In this document: one piece after another, positions 7,685 to 14,329 of the stretch
Layout: each line of letters opens with the position of its first letter
Position numbering within the stretch: position 1 is the first letter of the stretch
IMG/VR virus record: IMGVR_UViG_3300020440_000048
Coordinates: 1 to 31,155 of that record
Length of the DNA: 31,155 nucleotides
Source of the DNA: a virus
Taxonomy: Duplodnaviria > Caudoviricetes
Direction: 5' to 3' (one strand)
The notes under the pieces: generated by a model
Told to the model about the DNA's origin: nothing
What the model saw: only the letters and a program-made list of their open reading frames with translations
The model's database searches: none
Translations under genes and position numbers: made by a program

Positions 7685-7857
7685 GGGGGAGAGTTAGGAT
7701 CGACAGGTAAGGTAGGAAAGTGGAGAACTGGTGTGCAAGCTACCATAAACGTAAGAAAAAAACTAAATGCAAACGATAACTTTGCTCCTGTGGATTTTGC
7801 TCTAGCAGCATAATCTAACGGCGTATGAGATCCACGTGGCAACAGAACGGTCTCACT
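7685..7857 (+). ncRNA. ssrA: permuted tmRNA, coding piece (3' end approximate)
   Basis: GGGGGAG pairs with CTCCTCC giving G3-U70; AGGATCGAC D-loop region; tag frame 7769-7813 ANDNFAPVDFALAA*. Confidence 0.92.
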
Positions 7858-7871
7858 TAATTTCATAACAT

Positions 7872-7902
7872 GCTTGACATTTAGTCTATAGTCTGTTACG
7901 AT
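7872..7902 (+). promoter_or_regulatory. sigma70-like early promoter
   Basis: TTGACA-17 bp-TACGAT; 32/34 identical to the promoter at 2361. Confidence 0.75.
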
Positions 7903-7954
7903 CATTATATCATCAATGAAGGTGATTAATTTGTCATGTTACAAAGGAGAATAT

Positions 7955-8218
7955 ATGACTACTCAAACTGAAACCCAAGCAACTAAGGTTGCAAATGCAC
8001 TGATGGGTGGTGCTGAACTAACTGCAAAACAAATTTCATACCGATATGGTGTAAAGAATGTTCGTGCCGTTATTAGTAAACTACGTTCTGAAGGTTATTC
8101 GATTTATCTGAACAACCGTACATCATCTTTTGATGGTCAGTCCTATAAGAAGTATCGTCTAGGTGCTCCGACTAGGGAAGTAGTAGCAGCTGGTTATGCG
8201 GCCCTTCGCTCTGCCTAA
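7955..8218 (+). CDS. winged helix-turn-helix DNA-binding protein
   Basis: AAGGAG RBS before the ATG at 7955; LTAKQIS...VRAVISKLRSEGYSIY pattern. Confidence 0.75.
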   Translation: MTTQTETQATKVANALMGGAELTAKQISYRYGVKNVRAVISKLRSEGYSIYLNNRTSSFDGQSYKKYRLGAPTREVVAAGYAALRSA

Positions 8219-8302
8219 CTGAAACTAGCGTATGGGCTCCACCATGTACATGATACTAAACGGGCCCACTTTCAAAACTTTAAAATAAGAAAGGCAAAAG
8301 TT

Positions 8303-8731
8303 ATGAAAAAACTTTTATCGACTACGATTTTACTGACTATGTTTTCTACAACAGTATTTGCAGAAGACAAAACCATCGAAATGTTAAATAAACGTGATGA
8401 TGGTGCAAAAATGGTATACAGTGAAGACATCACTCGTATTGATGTTGGAGATACCATTACTTGGTTACCTACTAGTAAAGGACACAATGTAGAATTTAAA
8501 GTAGGGCCAAACGGATATGAGCTTCCTAAGAAGAGTAAAAATAACAAAGAAGTTGAAATTACTTTTGATACGCCTGGAATTTACTTATATCAGTGTACAC
8601 CACATGCTACAATGGGCATGATTGCTCTTGTAATTGTAGGTGATGATACCTCAAACAAAATGGCTATTGCAAAGTCAAAGGTAAGAGGGAAGTCCAAGAA
8701 GAAACTGAAAAAACTTCTTGATAGTATTTAA
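8303..8731 (+). CDS. pseudoazurin/plastocyanin-family blue copper protein
   Basis: signal peptide; type 1 Cu ligands GHNVEF and CTPHATMGM; IEMLNK...GAKMVY N-terminus typical of pseudoazurin. Confidence 0.9.
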   Translation: MKKLLSTTILLTMFSTTVFAEDKTIEMLNKRDDGAKMVYSEDITRIDVGDTITWLPTSKGHNVEFKVGPNGYELPKKSKNNKEVEITFDTPGIYLYQCTPHATMGMIALVIVGDDTSNKMAIAKSKVRGKSKKKLKKLLDSI

Positions 8732-8743
8732 TAGGAGAAAAAT

Positions 8744-9007
8744 ATGTTTGACCCAGAAGATTTAGAAGATGGCGAACCAACATTAAAAGAAATGTATGAT
8801 ATGTATCTTTCTATGTGCAATCTCTTTATTGAAGGTCAAGGTAAAAGTCCTATGGAAGTAGCAGCCATTTTACAATGTATTGCTACTTCCCTATATAAAT
8901 CATGTTTATCAACTCAAGATTTTGAAAAAATCATGAAACACATGTATGATAGTCGCAATCTTGTAGAGCACATGGTCTACAGACCCGAAAACGAGAGGAT
9001 TCATTGA
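8744..9007 (+). CDS. hypothetical protein
   Basis: AGGAG RBS, 87 aa. Confidence 0.75.
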   Translation: MFDPEDLEDGEPTLKEMYDMYLSMCNLFIEGQGKSPMEVAAILQCIATSLYKSCLSTQDFEKIMKHMYDSRNLVEHMVYRPENERIH

Positions 9008-9237
9008 AGGAAGTAACCTATCAAGTACACCTATGGGACGAATTGCCAAGAATCGGGTCTGGATTTAGACTAGTAGTAGTAAAAGAAGGACGAAAATGGG
9101 TTTATGTTAGGTCTTATTCACCAGTAGAATATCCCCAGTATCAAAAGAAACAAAAAATTCATAAAAAAATATGGGAAAAAATTAAGATGAATAAATCGAC
9201 AAGAGTTTTTGATGAAAAAAATAGTCCCAGACAATAG
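9004..9237 (+). CDS. hypothetical protein
   Basis: TTG start overlapping the upstream stop, GAGG RBS; GRKWVYV motif. Confidence 0.65.
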   Translation: MKEVTYQVHLWDELPRIGSGFRLVVVKEGRKWVYVRSYSPVEYPQYQKKQKIHKKIWEKIKMNKSTRVFDEKNSPRQ

Positions 9238-9448
9238 ATTGCCCCAAGGGTATCGAATTGAAGATATGACTACAGAAGAAATAATGGATGATTTCTTTTC
9301 AGATTATCCAAATGTTCCAAATCCAGAAAATTACCCAAAAGTATTTCAGTGGCATGTCCAAATGTGGGCATACCACAAGGAGAGAAAGCTCAAGGATGAG
9401 ATGACAAATTTTAAACGAGATAAATATTCTGATGGAACACGTTGGTGA
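9209..9448 (+). CDS. hypothetical protein
   Basis: 79-aa ORF, PNPENYPKVF motif. Confidence 0.65.
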   Translation: MMKKIVPDNRLPQGYRIEDMTTEEIMDDFFSDYPNVPNPENYPKVFQWHVQMWAYHKERKLKDEMTNFKRDKYSDGTRW

Positions 9449-9480
9449 TTCTTATTTATTCATAATAGAAAGACAGTACA

Positions 9481-9771
9481 ATGCAGTGGGTAATATTATT
9501 ATATGCGTTTCTAGAGTATCCAGATGGTTCTTTAGAGAAAGTGGTTAGTAGAAATTTACCGTTTCAGACTTACAATCAGTGTGAACAGTTCTATTACCAA
9601 AACAAAGACAATTTAATTCCAGGCGTAATAGATTACAGTAAAACATATAATGGTGAAAAGCTTAATCTTATAGAAATGGGATGTTCAAAAGCTGAAGTGG
9701 TGAAGCCTGGTCAACCTATTCCAGAACCAACAGGATTTAAACCATTATACAGATTGGGAACGAATACATGA
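9481..9771 (+). CDS. small exported hypothetical protein (two Cys)
   Basis: hydrophobic N-terminus, FQTYNQC motif. Confidence 0.7.
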   Translation: MQWVILLYAFLEYPDGSLEKVVSRNLPFQTYNQCEQFYYQNKDNLIPGVIDYSKTYNGEKLNLIEMGCSKAEVVKPGQPIPEPTGFKPLYRLGTNT

Positions 9772-9920
9772 TATACAAAGTAATAGAAATTTTAGCTGAA
9801 CAAGAAAATCGAAATAAGAGACCAGATAAATCTGCTGATGCTTTTGATTTATTTCCAGCCGTAATCTTTGTTATTGCAATTTTAGGATTAGTGTTTATGA
9901 TTGCTCCAATGGCGTTATAA
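9768..9920 (+). CDS. 50-aa membrane protein (not in the ORF track)
   Basis: ATGA overlap; MIYKVIEIL...FPAVIFVIAILGLVFMIAPMAL. Confidence 0.6.
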   Translation: MIYKVIEILAEQENRNKRPDKSADAFDLFPAVIFVIAILGLVFMIAPMAL

Positions 9921-9980
9921 CCATATATGAACATCATATATATTATTCCCAAATGTCATGCAAAAAAATCATAAAAGTTT

Positions 9981-9988
9981 TATAAATA
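9981..9988 (+). promoter_or_regulatory. T4-type late promoter
   Basis: intergenic TATAAATA followed by the hairpin TGATTGAAGA/TCTTCAATCA. Confidence 0.65.
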
Positions 9989-10046
9989 TTCAGTGATTGA
10001 AGAATCCGTCTTCAATCAATTTTCCAACAATTAGGAGTAAAAAGTT

Positions 10047-10187
10047 ATGAGTGCCGCCGTGGCGTATATTTATGAGCGTAGTTGCAAGTTCTGTGATGCA
10101 ATATCAGATTGGGTTCAGTTGTTCCTTTATCTAGCCATTCCCCTTGGTCTACCGTTCTTTATCATTTGGATGAGTTCACAAACATAA
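10047..10187 (+). CDS. 46-aa membrane protein (not in the ORF track)
   Basis: AGGAG RBS; MSAAVAYIYERSCKFCDAISDWVQLFLYLAIPLGLPFFIIWMSSQT. Confidence 0.65.
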   Translation: MSAAVAYIYERSCKFCDAISDWVQLFLYLAIPLGLPFFIIWMSSQT

Positions 10188-10204
10188 TAAAATCTATCAA
10201 AAAT

Positions 10205-10236
10205 GCTTGACATTTATCCCCTTGTGTGTTATTATA
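10205..10236 (+). promoter_or_regulatory. sigma70-like early promoter
   Basis: TTGACA-17 bp-TATTAT with TG. Confidence 0.75.
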
Positions 10237-10269
10237 CCCTAGTATTAATAATCAATAGAGGACAAAAGA

Positions 10270-10500
10270 ATGATTCGCACCAAAGATCCGCTCACTGAAC
10301 GAGAATTAGTTATCGATTTGGATGGGCCTCAAGGTAATGCTTTCTTTCTACTAGGTCAAGCATCACGATTTGCAAGACAATTAGGTATGGACGCAAACGA
10401 AATTATCGAAGAAATGAAGTCTGGAGACTACGAGAACCTTATCTCAGTCTTTGATAAGTTCTTTGGTGATTTCGTTGTTCTTGAGCGAAGTGCTTCATGA
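10270..10500 (+). CDS. conserved phage hypothetical protein
   Basis: GAGG RBS; IDLDGPQGNAFFLLG...MKSGDYENL motif. Confidence 0.8.
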   Translation: MIRTKDPLTERELVIDLDGPQGNAFFLLGQASRFARQLGMDANEIIEEMKSGDYENLISVFDKFFGDFVVLERSAS

Positions 10501-10913
10501 TACTATCATATGTGGTGGATGAAAATATCCAACACGCCCCTCTCAACAATCCAGAGTCTGGAATTAATTTTCCAGACTCACCAAGGTATGTCTGTACCAC
10601 ACAGTTATATAAGGCGCTGGGTTGTTGGGATGGGCCCTTTGATATCTTCTATCTGGATAAACATCAAGAATATATTGGTGTAGATAAGGATGGATGGGAT
10701 GGAGTCATCCATTTTAAAAAGGAATACATTGAGAGTTTACCTTTTGGAATGATACGAGATGAATATGGATTGTGGTGGTATGCACAATGCCATGATGATA
10801 GTCTCTTTATTGATGGAAACTGGATAACTGGTCACAGAGATAAAGAGAGTATACGAGGAAGTGATGACTATTCTGTATTTTACTTACACGAAGGTCGATT
10901 TAAATATATGTAG
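10497..10913 (+). CDS. hypothetical protein
   Basis: 138-aa ORF, ATGA overlap. Confidence 0.7.
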   Translation: MILSYVVDENIQHAPLNNPESGINFPDSPRYVCTTQLYKALGCWDGPFDIFYLDKHQEYIGVDKDGWDGVIHFKKEYIESLPFGMIRDEYGLWWYAQCHDDSLFIDGNWITGHRDKESIRGSDDYSVFYLHEGRFKYM

Positions 10914-10929
10914 GAAAGGATAACCAACA

Positions 10930-11244
10930 ATGGGCACGATTAACTATGTCGGATCTCTACGTTACGATATACATGGACGTAAGAGGAAAACAAAATCTCT
11001 AAATAAACCGAAGCCTCTGAAAACGAAAGGAGTATCGGTACATACAGAACTCATGGATGAGAAGATGAAGGAACATCGAATTAAATATCCAAGTTCAAAT
11101 AGTATGAATGGTTCTACTGCAAAGAAAGAACAACATGTGTATACTGGAGATTTAATAGTCGGTATTGCTACAATGCATAAATCAAATGCAGTTCCTGTAA
11201 TGAACAAACAACAAGCGAAAGACATTTCTCGTATGGGAAAGTAA
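10930..11244 (+). CDS. conserved basic phage hypothetical protein
   Basis: AAGGA RBS; YTG...GIATMHKSNAVPV motif. Confidence 0.8.
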   Translation: MGTINYVGSLRYDIHGRKRKTKSLNKPKPLKTKGVSVHTELMDEKMKEHRIKYPSSNSMNGSTAKKEQHVYTGDLIVGIATMHKSNAVPVMNKQQAKDISRMGK

Positions 11245-11405
11245 TGAAAACGATGTGGAAAGTCTGGAAATATAGTCTTGGTTCATTTAGCGATGAAGAG
11301 ACAAAGAACTATGATAATCACATAGCAGTTGTTCGCACCTGTATTGTTCTGGTTAATTTCGTCACATGTTTTTTTATCATGTCGAATATAGTGAAGAATT
11401 GGTAG
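11244..11405 (+). CDS. 53-aa membrane protein (not in the ORF track)
   Basis: TAATG coupling; MKTMWKVWKYSLGSFSDEETKNYDNHIAVVRTCIVLVNFVTCFFIMSNIVKNW. Confidence 0.7.
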   Translation: MKTMWKVWKYSLGSFSDEETKNYDNHIAVVRTCIVLVNFVTCFFIMSNIVKNW

Positions 11406-11409
11406 ATGC

Positions 11410-11844
11410 ATGAAGGTACATACACTCTTTGGTGAAGAGATATTTCAATCTAAAAAATGTAGAGAATGTGGAGTCGAAAAACCTTTCACTGATTTTGGAT
11501 ATCGCAATCACACTAAAAACAAACCTGAGCTTCTGAATACTTGCAGAGAATGTAAGAGTATTCATGATAAGATTGTAAGGGATTTCAAGAAAAGTAATGC
11601 AAAACCAGATTCGCATTACAAATGCCCAGTATGCAAGGAGACATCTGAAGAAATACGAAGTCGAGGGGGATTTCATTCTCATCAACCCAAGGATGTCTGG
11701 TGTGTCGATGTCTGTCATGATGAAATGCGAGTGAGGGGATGGATTTGCGATTACTGTAATAACATGATAGGTAGGAGTCTGGATAGACCAGACGTTTTGA
11801 GGGAAGGGGCACTATGGATAGAACAATTTAAAAAGGAGGCATAA
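11410..11844 (+). CDS. endonuclease VII-like (His-Me finger) nuclease / homing endonuclease-like protein
   Basis: N-terminal CxxC pairs; CPVC...VDVCH..VRGWICDYCNNMIG. Confidence 0.8.
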   Translation: MKVHTLFGEEIFQSKKCRECGVEKPFTDFGYRNHTKNKPELLNTCRECKSIHDKIVRDFKKSNAKPDSHYKCPVCKETSEEIRSRGGFHSHQPKDVWCVDVCHDEMRVRGWICDYCNNMIGRSLDRPDVLREGALWIEQFKKEA

Positions 11845-11847
11845 TGT

Positions 11848-12069
11848 ATGTCAGATTTACCACTTGCAGACCAAATATTTTGGTTTATATTTTGTGGTTT
11901 AGTAGGTGTTATCGTTTTAGCACTTAAATACCAATACTATAAAAACTTAACGATAAAGGAAAAGGAGAAACATTGGTTCTCCACATTTGTTAATAAAACA
12001 CTTGGCGGTAAAGAAAATAAAATATATGATAAGTACAACGTCAAGTACAATGACAAAGACAACACATAG
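11848..12069 (+). CDS. membrane protein
   Basis: GGAGG RBS, N-terminal TM helix. Confidence 0.7.
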   Translation: MSDLPLADQIFWFIFCGLVGVIVLALKYQYYKNLTIKEKEKHWFSTFVNKTLGGKENKIYDKYNVKYNDKDNT

Positions 12070-12090
12070 AAAGGATAGTAGAGTTTCAAG

Positions 12091-12291
12091 ATGGACGAGT
12101 ATAAAGCAGAAAATATGGTTCTGAGTAGAGAGGATGAAAAAGAAATTGAATACGCTCATGCCATGACAGGAGAGCCTGTTGAAAAACTTGCACAATGGCG
12201 TAAAGAAAAGATTGCAGAAGATTTAAATGATTATCTTAAAAAAAGAAATGATATGGTTTCTAAATTTGCAATGAGGAGAGTGTACGAATGA
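12091..12291 (+). CDS. hypothetical protein
   Basis: 66-aa ORF within an operon. Confidence 0.6.
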   Translation: MDEYKAENMVLSREDEKEIEYAHAMTGEPVEKLAQWRKEKIAEDLNDYLKKRNDMVSKFAMRRVYE

Positions 12292-12536
12292 TGTTAGAAC
12301 TTGCCTTAGGAAGTATGATGGCATGTAGACTCTCTGGACAAGAGATAAAAGGATGGGATACAGAATATAGTGAAGCAAAAAGAATTTGTTATTATTCATG
12401 TCCCGATAGTACTAAAGACCAACATAGTACATTGAAACAGTATTCATGTCCACAAACACTAAACGTGGATAGACCCCCACTTCCATTTAAAGACCAGAAG
12501 AAAAGGTCGAAGTGGACAAAAGAATACAAAAATTAA
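12288..12536 (+). CDS. hypothetical Cys-containing protein
   Basis: GAGGAG RBS, four Cys. Confidence 0.65.
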   Translation: MMLELALGSMMACRLSGQEIKGWDTEYSEAKRICYYSCPDSTKDQHSTLKQYSCPQTLNVDRPPLPFKDQKKRSKWTKEYKN

Positions 12537-12550
12537 GAAAGGAAAGAAAG

Positions 12551-12913
12551 ATGAGAGAGTGGATATATGATAGCTGGAATTGTGTGATGAACGCAGATAT
12601 CAGTCCATTGAGAAATATTCCAGATACGATGGTACGCCATATGGTATTGCAAATACTCGCATGGATGTGGTGTATCGCATTTTCAATGATTATAGGAAGT
12701 TTCGTAGTGTTCGGAATTAGTATGATTGCTCATGTAGTACTATTAGCTGCAATAGCAATCACAGTAGGAGCCTTTGAGGTTGCAGAGAAACAACCACAAT
12801 TCTTTATGGATAAATTTCCACATTCCACTCCAAGTCGGGCGAGACATAATATGTGGGTAGATGGTGAGAAGATTGTTCTAGATAAGGATGATAAGGGTGG
12901 AGAACATGAGTAA
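12551..12913 (+). CDS. membrane protein
   Basis: start reassigned to 12551 (MREWIYDSW...); two TM helices. Confidence 0.75.
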   Translation: MREWIYDSWNCVMNADISPLRNIPDTMVRHMVLQILAWMWCIAFSMIIGSFVVFGISMIAHVVLLAAIAITVGAFEVAEKQPQFFMDKFPHSTPSRARHNMWVDGEKIVLDKDDKGGEHE

Positions 12914-13009
12914 AAATCAAAATTCACAAAGTAAAGGACTAATATTAACTTTCGTCTTAGCCTTTACTGCAACTATAGTGTGGCATGCCCTGACAGCATG
13001 AGTAATCTA

Positions 13010-13044
13010 ACCCATATTACTCCACAAATTCCCACATAATCCCA
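13010..13044 (-). repeat. four TGGRN pentamers at an exact 10-bp period (MraZ-box-like)
   Basis: minus strand reads TGGGA-ttatg-TGGGA-atttg-TGGAG-taata-TGGGT. Confidence 0.6.
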
Positions 13045-13149
13045 AAATGGGGTGCAGAAACGTAAAATTGAGTATGCCACTTAATCTGCGCCCAATTTTC
13101 CAAAAGAAAAAAAGTTTCTTCAAAAAATATCGAATTAATTTAAAAAAAG

Positions 13150-13180
13150 GCTTGACAAACGCTCAGATATGCTGTATAAT
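13150..13180 (+). promoter_or_regulatory. strong sigma70-like promoter
   Basis: A-tract UP element, TTGACA ... TGTATAAT. Confidence 0.8.
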
Positions 13181-13225
13181 GACCCTGTAGGTCTTTAAGA
13201 ATATTAATAAGAAGCTTAAATTAAT

Positions 13226-13256
13226 GCTTGACACTTCAGAGAGTATATGATATACT
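13226..13256 (+). promoter_or_regulatory. sigma70-like promoter
   Basis: TTGACA-17 bp-TATACT with TG; predicted +1 near 13263. Confidence 0.8.
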
Positions 13257-13262
13257 GTTTAT

Positions 13263-13354
13263 AGTCAATTGGGATGTGGCCTTGTAGTAATATGAGGCCT
13301 CCATCGGAAGCTCGAGACTATGCAAATCCTAGTGTCCCATCCCAATTGACTCCA
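13263..13354 (+). ncRNA. candidate ~92-nt small RNA
   Basis: perfect 14-bp terminal stem AGTCAATTGGGATG/CATCCCAATTGACT followed by CCA; internal hairpins; lies between two promoters. Confidence 0.65.
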
Positions 13355-13361
13355 ATAAAAG

Positions 13362-13397
13362 GCTTGACAAACCAATAGAAGTATTGTATAGTATAAT
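13362..13397 (+). promoter_or_regulatory. sigma70-like promoter
   Basis: GCTTGACA ... TGTATAGTATAAT. Confidence 0.75.
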
Positions 13398-13425
13398 CTA
13401 ATGGTAATTAATTATGGAGTTACAT

Positions 13426-13770
13426 ATGCTTAAATCATCTCAGATAGCCTCAAAGATTCAGAGTCTATGTGACCAGAAAGGCTGGACATATAATGTTAGA
13501 AATAATATTCTTTCAATATCAAAACCTTTTACTCCTCATAACATGGATGAGCTTATCGATTGTGATATGGAGTACTATGGTATATTATCAGAACTGCCTC
13601 GTTGCAGAGCTGGTTCTGATTGGGGTACAGAATGTGGCGGAGTTGGTGCCATCCAAGCACTGAATGACGGCATCTTCGTTATGAATCGCTCCGGCGGTAA
13701 TAAAAATGTTTTGAAGCTACTTGCGAAGGCATCACATCCAGCTTCGAAGCTACTTGCGAAGGAGATTTAG
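13426..13770 (+). CDS. hypothetical protein
   Basis: GGAG RBS before the ATG at 13426; 17-bp direct repeat near the 3' end. Confidence 0.75.
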   Translation: MLKSSQIASKIQSLCDQKGWTYNVRNNILSISKPFTPHNMDELIDCDMEYYGILSELPRCRAGSDWGTECGGVGAIQALNDGIFVMNRSGGNKNVLKLLAKASHPASKLLAKEI

Positions 13771-13808
13771 CTATGACTTGGGTTTATTAAAACTAAACAA
13801 CAACACTT

Positions 13809-14198
13809 GGGGTATCGAATTAAAATAATCTAATTCGGTATCCCTAACTATAGAATTACAAAGAAGAGTTAGACAATGTAAAAAAGTCGCTCGCAGACGC
13901 TTCTGCTAGACCTCTTAGAGAACTGTAATGAACTTGTATGGAAGCTACCATGCTTGTGTCTCTCTAAGAGGTCTTGGTGAGCCGACTCGTAATCCCCCCC
14001 CTCTAATACTGGCTTGTAACTTTATAATTTAAGGTTCACTTAGAGTGGTGTGGTCGGTCTTCTAGACGCACCCCATCAAATTTACTTACTCTGTAGAGTA
14101 AAAAGCGATAATTTACTTTGTAGAGTAAATTTGGTGGAGAACCCCCCCAAATTCTGGAGTGGTATCCAAACGAATACCATTTCAAAATTTTTTTTGGG
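13809..14198 (+). other. ORF-free, hairpin-dense intergenic region
   Basis: at least five stems including a perfect 14-bp AGACCTCTTAGAGA/TCTCTAAGAGGTCT. Confidence 0.5.
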
Positions 14199-14223
14199 AT
14201 CAGAAAACTAAAATACCTTTTTT

Positions 14224-14254
14224 GCTTGACATTACTATCAGTTTAGTGTATAGT
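14224..14254 (+). promoter_or_regulatory. sigma70-like promoter
   Basis: TTGACA-17 bp-TATAGT. Confidence 0.75.
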
Positions 14255-14329
14255 AATCAATACATAGGAATATAAGGCAGTTGTGTCTTGTAATCCCATA
14301 TCTATAACTACTCTTAAAGGAGAATTGCA

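Noticed and set aside
7525-7905. 126-aa minus-strand ORF
   Set aside because: Antisense to the tmRNA coding piece and the nested ORF; no recognisable features
8233-8272. TGGGCTC...GGGCCCA stem after the wHTH gene
   Set aside because: Large loop, weak U-tract and no recognisable riboswitch core; not enough to call
9954-9972. Possible Pho box TGTCAT...AATCAT
   Set aside because: Half-sites are 13 bp apart rather than 11 and the second is poor
12914-14329. CRISPR array or attP/integrase site in the long intergenic regions
   Set aside because: No regularly spaced repeats with unique spacers and no integrase or cas genes in the window
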